64,000 nt of DNA from Sulfolobales archaeon HS-7 (GCA_019704295.1 AP024596.1:1280001-1344000), one strand, 5' to 3'; numbered from the stretch's first letter, positions 43,670 through 54,372 are shown. The notes: generated by a model from the letters alone, not told the origin. Made by a program: numbers and translations.

Positions 43670-44224
43670 ATGGACAGTGCTGTTGAGGAGATGCTTTTAG
43701 TAATAGCCGTAGTGGCAATCGGCCTAGCACTATTTAGCTTTACCGTTTCATACTTCGTGCCTAAGGAGCAGTTTTCAACTTACCAACAATACTCCTCTAA
43801 TTTAGCCTCCCAAACCACCATAAGCGTTGGTCCACTATTCGTAAATAAGGGGGTAGGAAGTTTAGTAATAGTGGCTTATAATCCGGATTACTCTGGCAAT
43901 TTCTCCGTAATCGCATTTCCTATCTCCTCAACTTATGCTGCGTCGGCCGGAATAATTACTCCACAGAGTCTTTCGTATTCAGTGTATTTACCAAACGGGA
44001 AGTTGGCGAAAGAATATAACTGTAACGAAATTTACGATCTGAACGGGAATTTGCTCATTCCCAATCAATTACAAGTATACACCATCCCGGCTAATACACC
44101 GGTTACCATAAATGTCAACGGCGTGTCCTCGGGTGATTACATTTTAATCTGGATTGTATATGCTACTGGAATTTACGGCTTCAGGGTAGGATATACGTTT
44201 ACGGGGGTCCCGGCCTCACAATGA
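43670..44224 (+). CDS. Pilin-like protein without class III leader
   Basis: MDSAVEEMLLVIAVVAIG helix plus a beta-rich head. First gene of a four-gene operon. The ORF-track start is 43661. Confidence 0.78.
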   Translation: MDSAVEEMLLVIAVVAIGLALFSFTVSYFVPKEQFSTYQQYSSNLASQTTISVGPLFVNKGVGSLVIVAYNPDYSGNFSVIAFPISSTYAASAGIITPQSLSYSVYLPNGKLAKEYNCNEIYDLNGNLLIPNQLQVYTIPANTPVTINVNGVSSGDYILIWIVYATGIYGFRVGYTFTGVPASQ

Positions 44225-45849
44225 GGGAATCTAGAGGTATTTCATTGGCTATTTTCATGGTTTTGATGCTTATAGTACTGCTATCCATAATAGTGCCTGC
44301 GTTATTTATATTACAGCTTAACCCTTATTTTAACACGCAGGGGCAGATATCCTCTCAGGGCTATTCGCAATTGAAAAGTATACAGTTGAACAATTTATAC
44401 AGAGGTAATCCGAATATCTATTACAACTCAAGTACACAGCCATATCTCGAAATCAAGTACAGTTCATCTCCAATCCCCTTTAATATTTCTGATGTTTACT
44501 ACTATAATGGGGAGAGCTGGGTCGCCATTCTAACTCAGCCTGTAACTATAGACGGTAACACCAATTACCCGTTACCGTCGAAAGCGTTTAACATGCCGAT
44601 AATTCTGATAACCGGGGAGGCAAATGTTCTCTTTCTTAACCCCAACACCTCAGTAACAACGGTATCAATTTCTGGTCCTGCTGGAAAAATTCCAGTTATA
44701 GTAACTGCATTCGCGCTAAATAAAACTAAAGGAGGGATAAACTACATACCTTTAAACGTGAATTTCCAACTAAGTTCAGCGGATTACAGAACAACTGCAG
44801 TACTATACGTCAATCCAGGTACATATCCTATAAGCGCCCTGGAAAGTCCAGTATCAATACTAAACGACGGATTGACTGCCGTTTTCAAGAACTGGTCAAT
44901 AAATGGTAATGCCGTTCTAAGTGCCTCAAATGCACAGTCCACTTATGTAACAATAACAGGGGAGACCATACTTACTATAAACTACTGCACGGTGTTAAAG
45001 AAGTATAGCGTAAACTTTGTTGCTGGAGTTCCATTAAACGGTGAAAGTCAGACGTTGAAAGGTGCGTCTATTACTTCCGTGAATACCAGTATACCAGTAG
45101 TAATAGACGGAAACCAGTATCAGCTTAGCTCGAGTGGGTTAACACTTCAGTTAACCTATGGATACCATAGAATAGACGTTGCTAGTTATGAAAACATTAC
45201 CTTCAATTATAACTACAACGGTTATGCTGTTTCTGAGGGAGCAAAGGTACTTTACAGGTATACGGGTCCTGCCACGTTATCTCCAGGGAATATAAATGTT
45301 GTTAGTTCCTATTGTATATTCGTTACGGGTAACGGTGAGGTCAACCTAACTTTTAACCAGGTTCAAGTGTATTATAGGGTGGAAGTTGAGAATAACTTTT
45401 ATTTCCCAAATGATGTAACAGTTGAGTCCAATTCCAGCCCGGTAACTGGAGATATTTCAGGGCAACTATTGCAGGTGACCTGTAATGGTGGTACCTTTGA
45501 TTGGGGTCCTATAAAGAATTATCAACCGGAAATTCTCTACCTTAATGCTTCTACTAACGTTAATATCCAAATCTGCTATCTTGACAATCAAAATGGGCAA
45601 TACAATATAAACGGGAGAACATATCAATGTCTACTTTCCGAACCCACATCATTAGAGTACGTTTCTCCAGCAGGGACAAACACTATTGGAGTTACAAGTA
45701 CTATAACTGTTAACTCGCCAATTACTTTAATAATGTATCAAGAATGGAAGTACGGCGGCTCTGTAGATCCTGGATATTCGCCAGAACTGACCCTCGTATT
45801 TCAGTTTATAGCACTAATTAATATACTTAGATTGAGGTTTGATCTATGA
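44221..45849 (+). CDS. Large minor pilin/adhesin-like protein (542 aa)
   Basis: SRG|ISLAIFMVLMLIVLL class III signal, pilin head (FNISDVYY, ILITGEANV), Ig-like/B-repeat extension. ATGA overlap with the previous gene. Confidence 0.85.
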   Translation: MRESRGISLAIFMVLMLIVLLSIIVPALFILQLNPYFNTQGQISSQGYSQLKSIQLNNLYRGNPNIYYNSSTQPYLEIKYSSSPIPFNISDVYYYNGESWVAILTQPVTIDGNTNYPLPSKAFNMPIILITGEANVLFLNPNTSVTTVSISGPAGKIPVIVTAFALNKTKGGINYIPLNVNFQLSSADYRTTAVLYVNPGTYPISALESPVSILNDGLTAVFKNWSINGNAVLSASNAQSTYVTITGETILTINYCTVLKKYSVNFVAGVPLNGESQTLKGASITSVNTSIPVVIDGNQYQLSSSGLTLQLTYGYHRIDVASYENITFNYNYNGYAVSEGAKVLYRYTGPATLSPGNINVVSSYCIFVTGNGEVNLTFNQVQVYYRVEVENNFYFPNDVTVESNSSPVTGDISGQLLQVTCNGGTFDWGPIKNYQPEILYLNASTNVNIQICYLDNQNGQYNINGRTYQCLLSEPTSLEYVSPAGTNTIGVTSTITVNSPITLIMYQEWKYGGSVDPGYSPELTLVFQFIALINILRLRFDL

Positions 45850-47222
45850 AAAGTAAGGCAGTTTCAAACTCGATTGCGATGATCTTTCTGATGATAATGA
45901 TAATAATAGTTGCTGTTCCCGCAATATACCTCGTTACTCAACTTCAAAGTAGTGGAAACGTTTATCAGGCCGTTGTATCAAACTACCAAACGGTTAAATC
46001 ACTTCAACTTAAGGCAGTTGAAACTGGGCACCCTGCAATATATTACGCGTCCGGAGGAAAGGTGTATTTCGTTTACTCCAATGGAACCTTTTCTCCTCCT
46101 ATAAATCTAACGATCACAGACGTTCTTTATTACAACTCTGGCAGATGGGTTTCGATGTCCCTTAACTACCCTATAAAAGTAAAACAGGACTGTACGCTTT
46201 CCCTTCCTGTAAATGCCCCGGCAATATTGATAGAAACGGAACAGGGTAACCTATTCTACATAGCTCAGAACTCCTCAATAGGTCCATATTCAACCGTAAC
46301 AAAGGGAGGGGTTCAAATTATTTCCCAACTTCAACTTAGTAACGGTCAGACATGCGGGACTGAGGCCAACATAACAACTGATATTTTATATGACACATAT
46401 AAGAATTATACAACTCCTGCAGGATTTCCCAATCAGACGGGAAGTTTCGGACTCAGAACTCAAAAGTACATATACATATTGCAAGGTCAATCCGTAATAA
46501 CTGGAGAATTCTCGTATTGGAAGATCATAGGGACAGCGACTGTGAATTCGACGACTTCCTGTGGTATAGAAGTTCACCTGGAGGGTTATCCTGTCATCCT
46601 TATAGCAGTGTACACCCAAGTTACAGTGAAAGTTCCGCTTACCATAACTGCTAATGTTAATGAACAGATTACAGTCTCAATTAACGGACAAGACGTAACG
46701 TTCACTAATTCAAAGACCATAGACGTTACCGCAGGTTACGTTAGATTCCAAGTCGTAACCATGAAGTTTAATAACTACTCGAGTGGGGCAGACATATACT
46801 CGTGTTGGGAGTTTTCGGAAGGATCTGATCCCTCTGGAACTTTTAGTACGCCTAACGTAATATTCTTCATCTCCCCAACTTCTAGTAATAATAATGTAAA
46901 TCTTCAATATCAGATTTTTGAAACCTACTATAAAATAAAATTCGTTCAATGTAATCAAACACCGAACACGGTATACTTCATACTTAATGGTACGAGTTAT
47001 AAATACGGACAAACAGCATGGGTACCCGGTGGTAATTATAACTTTGTAGAAACCGGAATAGTTTGCTCCCGTTATAACATTTGCGGATGGGAAGCATATG
47101 AAACTACCTATAATGGAAAAGTTGTTCCAATGTCGTCGATGGGTTCTGGAATCATTGACATAGATCAACCCGGAACTATAGCAGTCTATTACGCTAATGA
47201 CGTGACATATCATCAGTTGTGA
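45846..47222 (+). CDS. Large minor pilin/adhesin-like protein (458 aa), paralog of the preceding gene
   Basis: SKA|VSNSIAMIFLMIMII. GHPAIYY vs GNPNIYY, LTITDVLYY and IETEQGNLF motifs. ATGA overlap. Confidence 0.85.
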   Translation: MKSKAVSNSIAMIFLMIMIIIVAVPAIYLVTQLQSSGNVYQAVVSNYQTVKSLQLKAVETGHPAIYYASGGKVYFVYSNGTFSPPINLTITDVLYYNSGRWVSMSLNYPIKVKQDCTLSLPVNAPAILIETEQGNLFYIAQNSSIGPYSTVTKGGVQIISQLQLSNGQTCGTEANITTDILYDTYKNYTTPAGFPNQTGSFGLRTQKYIYILQGQSVITGEFSYWKIIGTATVNSTTSCGIEVHLEGYPVILIAVYTQVTVKVPLTITANVNEQITVSINGQDVTFTNSKTIDVTAGYVRFQVVTMKFNNYSSGADIYSCWEFSEGSDPSGTFSTPNVIFFISPTSSNNNVNLQYQIFETYYKIKFVQCNQTPNTVYFILNGTSYKYGQTAWVPGGNYNFVETGIVCSRYNICGWEAYETTYNGKVVPMSSMGSGIIDIDQPGTIAVYYANDVTYHQL

Positions 47223-47228
47223 GATGAA

Positions 47229-47693
47229 ATGAGGGGACAATCAAACTTCATCGTTTATATCTTTGCCTTAGTTATAGTTGTATTACTCCTTATTCCCATG
47301 TTCTTTTATTTAACCGATATATCTTCGTTATCGGAAAAACAACTTGATCTAGGTTCAATTGTTCGAGAGCAAGTAAATGGAGGAGGAGTTGTTATATACT
47401 TCAATTCGTCTAATAAACAATTATATTCGTCAATTTTAGTATACAGGGGAGACTCGAATTTCACTCTAGTTAACGTCTACTATACTAACGGAAGTGGAGT
47501 TTGGTTCAATATAACCAACGATGTTTGCGTAGAAGGTCAGTTTCATCTCACTACAAATAAGCTCCCGCAACCTTTAATCTACAACTTCTCAATAACCACG
47601 AAGTCCTTTAACTACCCTCTGGTCCTTATGATCAGAGCGTACAACCAAACTGAATTCGTGCAAGTTCTACCTAATGAAACCGCAGTAGCCTAA
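47229..47693 (+). CDS. Type IV pilin-like protein (154 aa), Gln at +1
   Basis: MRG|QSNFIVYIFALVIVVLLLIP, plus the NFTLVNVYY head motif. Confidence 0.85.
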   Translation: MRGQSNFIVYIFALVIVVLLLIPMFFYLTDISSLSEKQLDLGSIVREQVNGGGVVIYFNSSNKQLYSSILVYRGDSNFTLVNVYYTNGSGVWFNITNDVCVEGQFHLTTNKLPQPLIYNFSITTKSFNYPLVLMIRAYNQTEFVQVLPNETAVA

Positions 47694-47834
47694 GATCAAA
47701 AAAGATAACACAAATTTTTAACAGTTAGTTGATCATACCCCTAACACTTTGAGTATTTTCTTATACAATTCCTAGTGACAAAAATTAGTAATATACGACT
47801 AATATATAAAATTTCATGCGATAGGGTATTTTAT

Positions 47835-48411
47835 GGGTCGTTCATGCATTCTTTGGGAATTCACTTTATTTTATTAGTTCTAAATCAATTGATTTATTGT
47901 GAATTAGTAATACTAAAAAGGGAGCAGCGGGAGATAACACCATTGAACAACTCGAATTACCAAGTATTACCGAATACGATATTATTCTTGAATAAGTGTT
48001 ACAACTTCTTTGGATTACGTGCTGTTAAACAAATAGGTAGAAGAGAGAGGAAAGCCCTTGATGAGGAGATAATTCTCAAGTAGGGGGAAAGGAGTTTAAG
48101 AGGAAAGTGCACTCGGGTAACACTTGCTAAAGGGCTTCATGCTCTCGACGAAGGGTAGGAGGAAGATATACAACACTTTACGTAAGCGTGAAATTACCTG
48201 TCTTATACATGCAAGAGATTCAAGACGCGCGTGCAGGAGGAACTGGAGCGAGAAAAAGGGTCAGTTCTCACGCTCCTTCTCATACTCGTGCATCGGTCGG
48301 AAAATAAACGTCAAACTTTGATTGCTGACCCTAGACGTCAAGGGCGACTTCAAGTATGTAGATGGGAAATACGTCAAGTCAACTCACGGGAAGAAGGGAG
48401 TGCTCGTCTTG
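47835..48411 (+). mobile_element. IS family C remnant (left end and broken transposase)
   Basis: Starts gggtcgttcatgc like MITE C. Homologous to 11753-12261. Confidence 0.65.
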
Positions 48412-48774
48412 ATAGCATCTAATGCGTAATTAACGTGAATAACTAAATAAACTAAAAAGTTACGAAACACATCTCTCTAGAATCAAATTCGCTTAAACAG
48501 GCATCAAAGTAACATAAAATATAAGTTTGTTAACAGTAAGCGCAAGTAACGATATATTTCTTAACAACAAAAGCCAAAAAGAGGTTTTGGCGTTATGAGT
48601 TAAAAGCTGGTAGAGGGTAAAGTCGGATATTTTTAAGCCATGAAGGCAGTAAAGGAGTTCGATCTCTCGTAATTCTCCCTGTATTATCACCTGATCATGC
48701 ACTGAGAGATGGAGTATTCCATATGTTAAAGTAGTTAATTAAGTAAATAACATTTATTACACATTGGACACTGT
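48412..48774 (-). mobile_element. Family B MITE
   Basis: Inverse homolog of 41492-41860. TIR cattggacactgt followed by CTCGAG. Confidence 0.85.
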
Positions 48775-49103
48775 CTCGAGTTTTAAAGCGAGCACCAGAA
48801 ATAGGGTAATATGCTCATCGCTTACGTGCATACGAGGAGGTTCTCACGACTCCTTTTCGAATTCAGCTTATTTTGAGAAATAAGATGAATATTGAATTGA
48901 ATTAATGAATCAGGTAGGGATCTACACGAGATAATTTCCTCCTTAACCTATATCTGTCATATTTGCAGTTAGGAATGAAAACCTGAATTGCCCTTACAAC
49001 ATATATCGCTTCATTTTTTACTCTGGTCCTCTCCAATAGGGGTACTGCAAGAGGATATTCAAATACAACTAAATTGAGAGAACATGGAGTTCCGAAAGTC
49101 CGC

Positions 49104-49814
49104 TTACTTTACCTTTATTAGGTTCTCCGCGGGAGTTCCCCTAAAAAGTTCTACAACCCTATTAACGGGAATATTTATCATCCACCCTAATATAGGGTCT
49201 GCAGGAGATGAGAACTTCGTCGAAAACGTTAAGTATGTATAAGTTTCGTGAGACTTTATCTCTATTCGCTTTATCTTATCGTATGGTATTAACGCGAATC
49301 TGCTGTACAGGTTTTTATCATCCTCTTTCTTACCTCCCTTAAATACTTGTACCGTGGAACGGTCTCCGTCGTATATTTTTATTTCAGATCTATCAATAAC
49401 TGCTACTCTGGTATTATCGTGTGATGGTAAACCCCTTTTCTCCGGTATATTCACGAAAACTCCCATTTTCTCAATGAAGATATCTTCCCTGAAGAGCTCA
49501 TCACACACGTACTTAGTGTGTAAAATCCCCCCAGTACTCCTGCACCTCACTAACGCCTCGTAAAACGAACTTACCTGAGGCTTGAAGTTTACTACTCCTA
49601 CATCGGTGAAGTCCAACGCCGTACTCAATACGCATCCTTCACTACTCCAACCAGTTAAATCATGTATCTGATCGCATCCTCTTAATAAGTTTCTGATTCT
49701 AAAATAAAGAAAAGCATTACCCCAGTTGTTCGTATTACCGCAGAAATCGCATCTACCAGAACCGTAAGTAGTTGCTTCTTTTGGCAATATGTGGTCACAA
49801 TAAACACATCTCAT
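49104..49814 (-). CDS. Cytoplasmic protein with N-terminal zinc ribbon and possible PH-like C-terminus
   Basis: CVYC...CDFC at the N-terminus, LIPYDKIKRIEIKS near the C-terminus. TATA upstream. Confidence 0.75.
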   Translation of the reverse strand: MRCVYCDHILPKEATTYGSGRCDFCGNTNNWGNAFLYFRIRNLLRGCDQIHDLTGWSSEGCVLSTALDFTDVGVVNFKPQVSSFYEALVRCRSTGGILHTKYVCDELFREDIFIEKMGVFVNIPEKRGLPSHDNTRVAVIDRSEIKIYDGDRSTVQVFKGGKKEDDKNLYSRFALIPYDKIKRIEIKSHETYTYLTFSTKFSSPADPILGWMINIPVNRVVELFRGTPAENLIKVK

Positions 49815-49860
49815 AAATTTTTCATAGAAGGTAATATATATATAAAACTACCTTCCCTTT

Positions 49861-50023
49861 GGCCGATTCACGCGTTCATAGCGAATTTAGTTTATTTACA
49901 AAGATAGAATAAATTTAATTGAATACTATTGTATTGACTAGGTAGAGATTCGCACTTAACAATTTCCTTTATTTAATCTGTCTTTGCTATAATTACAATT
50001 CGTAATGCAAACCTGAATCGCCC
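49861..50023 (+). mobile_element. MITE family C, followed by an internal fragment of a family B MITE (50024-50160)
   Basis: Direct homology to the other copies. Confidence 0.8.
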
Positions 50024-50160
50024 ACATGATCAGGTAATAATACAGGGAGAATTACGAGAGATCAAACTCCTTTACTGCTTTCATGGCTTAAAAACACCCT
50101 GCTGTACCCTCTGCTAACTTTTTACTCATAACGCCAAAACCTTTTTTTAGCCTTCGTTGT

Positions 50161-51563
50161 CAGTCTTGTTTCGCCAAAAAATCTCATGATTGTAAGATAT
50201 TATTAGAGTAATTAGTGTATAAAAATATAGGATTAAGTTAACTCAAGAGGCGTAACAATATCATATGTTTAGTCAAAATCTGGTATATTTTGCAAGTTAA
50301 TAGTAACAAACACAAGAAGTTCTGAATTTATTTTACGTGTTCAAAACGAGGTACATAGTCCACCCTCTAGCTTGAAAACGCCTAGAGGAGATTGACGAAC
50401 TGGTCAAACGCGAGGGGCTTCTCTCCCGGTGCTTTGAAGTTAAACGAGAGGAAGAGGTACAAGTTCCAGGAAGTGTCGAGGAGCGCGTAGATCAGGTAGA
50501 GGTAGAGCTTGTTGCGCAACCTCCTTATGAGTTCTATCCTCGCTTTCCTCGTCTTGAACCCCTCCTCTATACCTCAACCTGTAGGTCTCGGCCAACTCGT
50601 AGGGATCTCCCTCAACGTTTGAGACGAAAACGAAGTGCGTTGGTTTCCCCTTGTGCTTCACGTAAATCACGTCGTAATAGTAGAGTCCCTTGTACTCTAA
50701 CTTTCTGTGGGCAACGTAAGTTCTGTCCTCAACCGTGTAGTACTTCACGGTAAGGGACTGAGCAAAGAGTTCCTTGACTCCCTTTAAGTTAGTTTTCCCT
50801 CTGATCACGGCCTTTGCGGGTAACTCCTTGAGGATCTCGAGGTTGAGGAATCCAGCGTCGGCAACAACGTAACTCAAGCTGTCGCGCTGTACAGCCTTGT
50901 TGACGAACTCTTCAAGGAACTCGGAGGGCTTTTGATCCCCTTTAACCGCGAATTGGGTAACCACGTTACATCTCACGGGAGACAAGAGATCTGCGGATCT
51001 AACCTTGGCCTTTCCCGAGAAGAGTTTGTCCCCCACTCTCTCTGCTTCCTTCTCTCCCACCCTCAGGAAGGTCTCGTCAAATCCCAGCACGATGTTCTCA
51101 TTCGCGAAAATTGTACACAGCTCCCAGAACTCGAAGGTTTTACCCAAGAGTTCCCCTAGCTTTTTCCCTTGTCTTACAAGGGAAATGTAATCCTTTCCTC
51201 TATTCCCCAAGAGGAGAGATTTACTCCTCTTGATAACGTCGCGGGGATTAGAGGAAATCTTCTTAAACGCTTCCTCTACTAATTCATTAGCGAGGGACTT
51301 ATCCCTTGGCTTTGGTTTCCGCATATCAAAATCTGGGAGGTCCCTCGCTTAAACTTTAACGTCCTCATTTCTACCCACTTGATAATACTATACACAAGGT
51401 ATTACTATACGTGTAAAAACTAGGTTACACACCTTCTACTGAGATAAAAGTCGATCTTTTCCCTACTTTAGCCGAAATTTAGCCAATTTCTACTATTTTG
51501 AGCGAGATTTCCCCGTATTTTAGAAATTGTCTTATTTTTAGTAAAATTGTCGAAACAAGATTG
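50161..51563 (-). mobile_element. IS family A (about 1.4 kb; IS4-superfamily/ISH3-like), best-preserved copy
   Basis: 17-bp imperfect TIRs cagtcttgtttcgccaa and ttgtcgaaacaagattg, with a single transposase gene. Confidence 0.9.
50440..51324 (-). pseudogene. DDE transposase, frameshifted just before the catalytic Glu
   Basis: GFDET and VADAGF motifs. Comparison with the copy at 1-617 shows a 5-nt deletion in the YRLR-x-QIEEGFK region. Confidence 0.8.
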
Positions 51564-51659
51564 CACGTGAAATGATGTAAACTTGGAAGCCATTAAACTA
51601 GTTTGTCCCAGACTCAAAAATTGGATAAGTTTTATATTTAAGTAATTCGTGCTCATTTT

Positions 51660-53915
51660 ATGAAATTGGAGAAAATAGAATATAATAATTTGGTTAGAGC
51701 CCTTTTCGCAGTTACTCTTATAATGCTTTCTATTGCACCGGTTTACGCTGTCGCTCAAAATAGTACGAGTTCAACTTACACCAACGGTTCGGTCTCCTAC
51801 AAGTTAACCGAGTATTGCCAACAGAGTTTCAGCTTCCAATACACGAGGATAGTTTACGACCCCATTCTCAACGCAATTATAGATTATAAACTATGTTCAG
51901 ATGGATTCACTATAATTTATCTAAACAACGATTCGAACTGTTTTGTTCCTGTAAATGGTGGAATATGTTACATCTTCTTCGATGAGCAGAATTCGCTCCT
52001 TTACGTCCAAACCACCCTTACATTTTGCATCTTCAACGGTACTGAGGTAATAAAGACGGTAAATTCGCTAGCCCAGGGCACCGAGGGTTACGGATTCGGT
52101 AAAGGGGGAGTGATAGATACCTCTAACGGGGAAATTTACTCTCTGGTAGCAACATATTTCACTCCGAATGCTAATGCAATAGGGGTCATAAACACTAGCA
52201 ATTACTCTCTAATAGTGGAGAACATATCACACTCAGGGTTATACACCTTTCCGACTTCTATAGTTTACGATAATTACACAAATAAGCTATTCATAACCGT
52301 AGTTCGAAATGAAAGTATAGGACAGATCTACTCCGTAAATCCGTATAATCTAAGCTTAACTTTAATCGCTAATACCTCACCCGCATATGCGATGACGTAT
52401 TATGAGGATAACCTTTACGTTTTCTTGAGTAACCGCTCATATGGGAAGTGTACTATGGATGTGGTTAACACTTTAACGGGAAAGGTAACTCCCACTAATT
52501 TGCAACTCCCCGCCACTAACCTAGCTATTACCTTACCTAACGGAGAAATATATGTTGCTACGGATGATGGTACTTGGGTAATAAACGCGAACACCACGAG
52601 TGTAATAGCGAAAATTCCCGTGGTTCCGACTGCTATCTCCAGTATGGCTTACGATCCCCAAGCAAATCTGGTTTTCCTTGATGCCGAGAACCTCTTCTTA
52701 ATCGCTGAGGTTAACCCCGTAACTAACAGCGTAATCGGTTACGCGAACCCATATCCCGTGACCCCCAACTCAGCAGTGTTCGATGCCAAGAACTCCATGT
52801 TGTACTTGGGGATGCCCTACTCCGACTACCTATTCGAGGAGCAGCTATCCCCCTTGAGGATCGTAAAAACTATCGGACCCTTCAGTGCTCACGTCACGTC
52901 AATAGCGTGTGATCCCGAGAACGGTTACCTCTACATAGGACTATACGACAACCAAATAGCAGTATTCAATCCCATGACCAACTCAATAATCACGAACATC
53001 TCCTATTCCCCCAGCAAGGCCAACTCTCACTACGTTGACTACATTCCCTCCCTTAACGAGGTAGTAGTGAGCACCTCCTCTGGAGTAGTCGGGATAAACG
53101 CCACCACGAACTCAGTAATTTACGAGGTAAATACCACTCTTCCTCCAACGGAAATAGCTTACGACCCTAACAACGGCAATCTTTACTTGACTAACAACGG
53201 CTATTTGTACCAGGAATCAAAGCAAATTTGCGTAATAAACGCGAGGAACGGAAACAAAGTCGGTATCATCACCGCTAAAGCCTACGATGTAACGGGTGTA
53301 GTTTACGACCCCAACACGAGCTACATTTACATAACCACAGCACATCCCTCGTGTTTTTACGCGATTAACCCTAATACCGACACGATAGTGTACAACGTAT
53401 CTCTGGGTTTCACCCCGAGTACGCTCCTGTACAACCCTGTAAATAAGTTAATTTACCTAGTTGGAGGCGTAAACGAGAAAGGTGAGATAAAGGTCTTTTA
53501 CCCCTACGGATCTTACTTCGTCTCCACCATCACGATAAATGGGACTCCAGATGCGTGGACGATAAACCCTCAAACTGGATGCCTAGTCGTGACCTCTTCT
53601 GCCTCACAGGCCTTTTACCCAACCCTGACTTACTTTAACATATTATCGCTTGCACAAGCGGTAACGCAAACCACTACTCAAAGTACAACGCAGACAACAT
53701 TTCAGCAAACCTCAACTCAAATAACCCAAAGTACAACAGAAACAAGTACAACTCAAGCTCAATCCTCCCAGACTATTTCAACCACTCCCCCAGTTACCTC
53801 CCCTAAGCCTCCCGTGACTACCTCAAGGAGTTCCTTCAACCCCCTGTTAATAGTGGTAGTAGTTGTTGTCCTCCTCGTGATAGTAGCGATGGTCCTAATC
53901 TTGAGGAGGAGGTAG
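51660..53915 (+). CDS. Membrane-anchored YVTN/YncE-like beta-propeller surface protein; paralog of 7601-9844
   Basis: Same architecture and full-length collinearity with the paralog. T/Q stalk, TM plus RRR. Confidence 0.9.
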   Translation: MKLEKIEYNNLVRALFAVTLIMLSIAPVYAVAQNSTSSTYTNGSVSYKLTEYCQQSFSFQYTRIVYDPILNAIIDYKLCSDGFTIIYLNNDSNCFVPVNGGICYIFFDEQNSLLYVQTTLTFCIFNGTEVIKTVNSLAQGTEGYGFGKGGVIDTSNGEIYSLVATYFTPNANAIGVINTSNYSLIVENISHSGLYTFPTSIVYDNYTNKLFITVVRNESIGQIYSVNPYNLSLTLIANTSPAYAMTYYEDNLYVFLSNRSYGKCTMDVVNTLTGKVTPTNLQLPATNLAITLPNGEIYVATDDGTWVINANTTSVIAKIPVVPTAISSMAYDPQANLVFLDAENLFLIAEVNPVTNSVIGYANPYPVTPNSAVFDAKNSMLYLGMPYSDYLFEEQLSPLRIVKTIGPFSAHVTSIACDPENGYLYIGLYDNQIAVFNPMTNSIITNISYSPSKANSHYVDYIPSLNEVVVSTSSGVVGINATTNSVIYEVNTTLPPTEIAYDPNNGNLYLTNNGYLYQESKQICVINARNGNKVGIITAKAYDVTGVVYDPNTSYIYITTAHPSCFYAINPNTDTIVYNVSLGFTPSTLLYNPVNKLIYLVGGVNEKGEIKVFYPYGSYFVSTITINGTPDAWTINPQTGCLVVTSSASQAFYPTLTYFNILSLAQAVTQTTTQSTTQTTFQQTSTQITQSTTETSTTQAQSSQTISTTPPVTSPKPPVTTSRSSFNPLLIVVVVVVLLVIVAMVLILRRR

Positions 53916-54138
53916 TCTACTAGAGTAGCTTTTGGTATCGCTTGATCGCGACAAGCAAATACTAGTTTGTTTCTCCTTTTAGGACAAATCACTATTCTTT
54001 TCAGAATTCGGTTTATTAATTAAGATAGGTAAATTGATCGCTCACTCATAATATTAAAACAATGGTGAAAGGATTCACCAATCTTATTTCGCCAAAAAAT
54101 CTTATGTTTGTAGGGTATTATTAGTGGAATCTATGTAT

Positions 54139-54301
54139 GGGCCCATCACGCGTTCATTGCGAATTCAGTTTATTTAGCAAAATCAAGTGAATTTAATTGA
54201 ATGCCATTGTATGGACTGGGTAGGGATACGCACTTAACAATTTCCCTTATTTAATCTGTCTTTGCTATAATTACAATTCGCAATGAAAGTCTGAATTGCC
54301 T
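54139..54301 (+). mobile_element. MITE family C, abutting a 60-bp end fragment of IS family A
   Basis: gggcccatcacgcgttcattgc...ctgaattgcc. Confidence 0.8.
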
Positions 54302-54372
54302 TGCAAATATCGTAAATCGTCTCAGATTTTATTATGAAGATATTTTTGAACTAGTTTATAAACTATTATGTT

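Noticed and set aside
46386-47240. Antisense ORFs of 77 and 176 aa
   Set aside because: They fully shadow the pilin-like gene and have no motifs. The same applies to the other short antisense ORFs in the track.
47775-48702. Short ORFs of 63-102 aa
   Set aside because: They fall inside IS family C and MITE B remnants.
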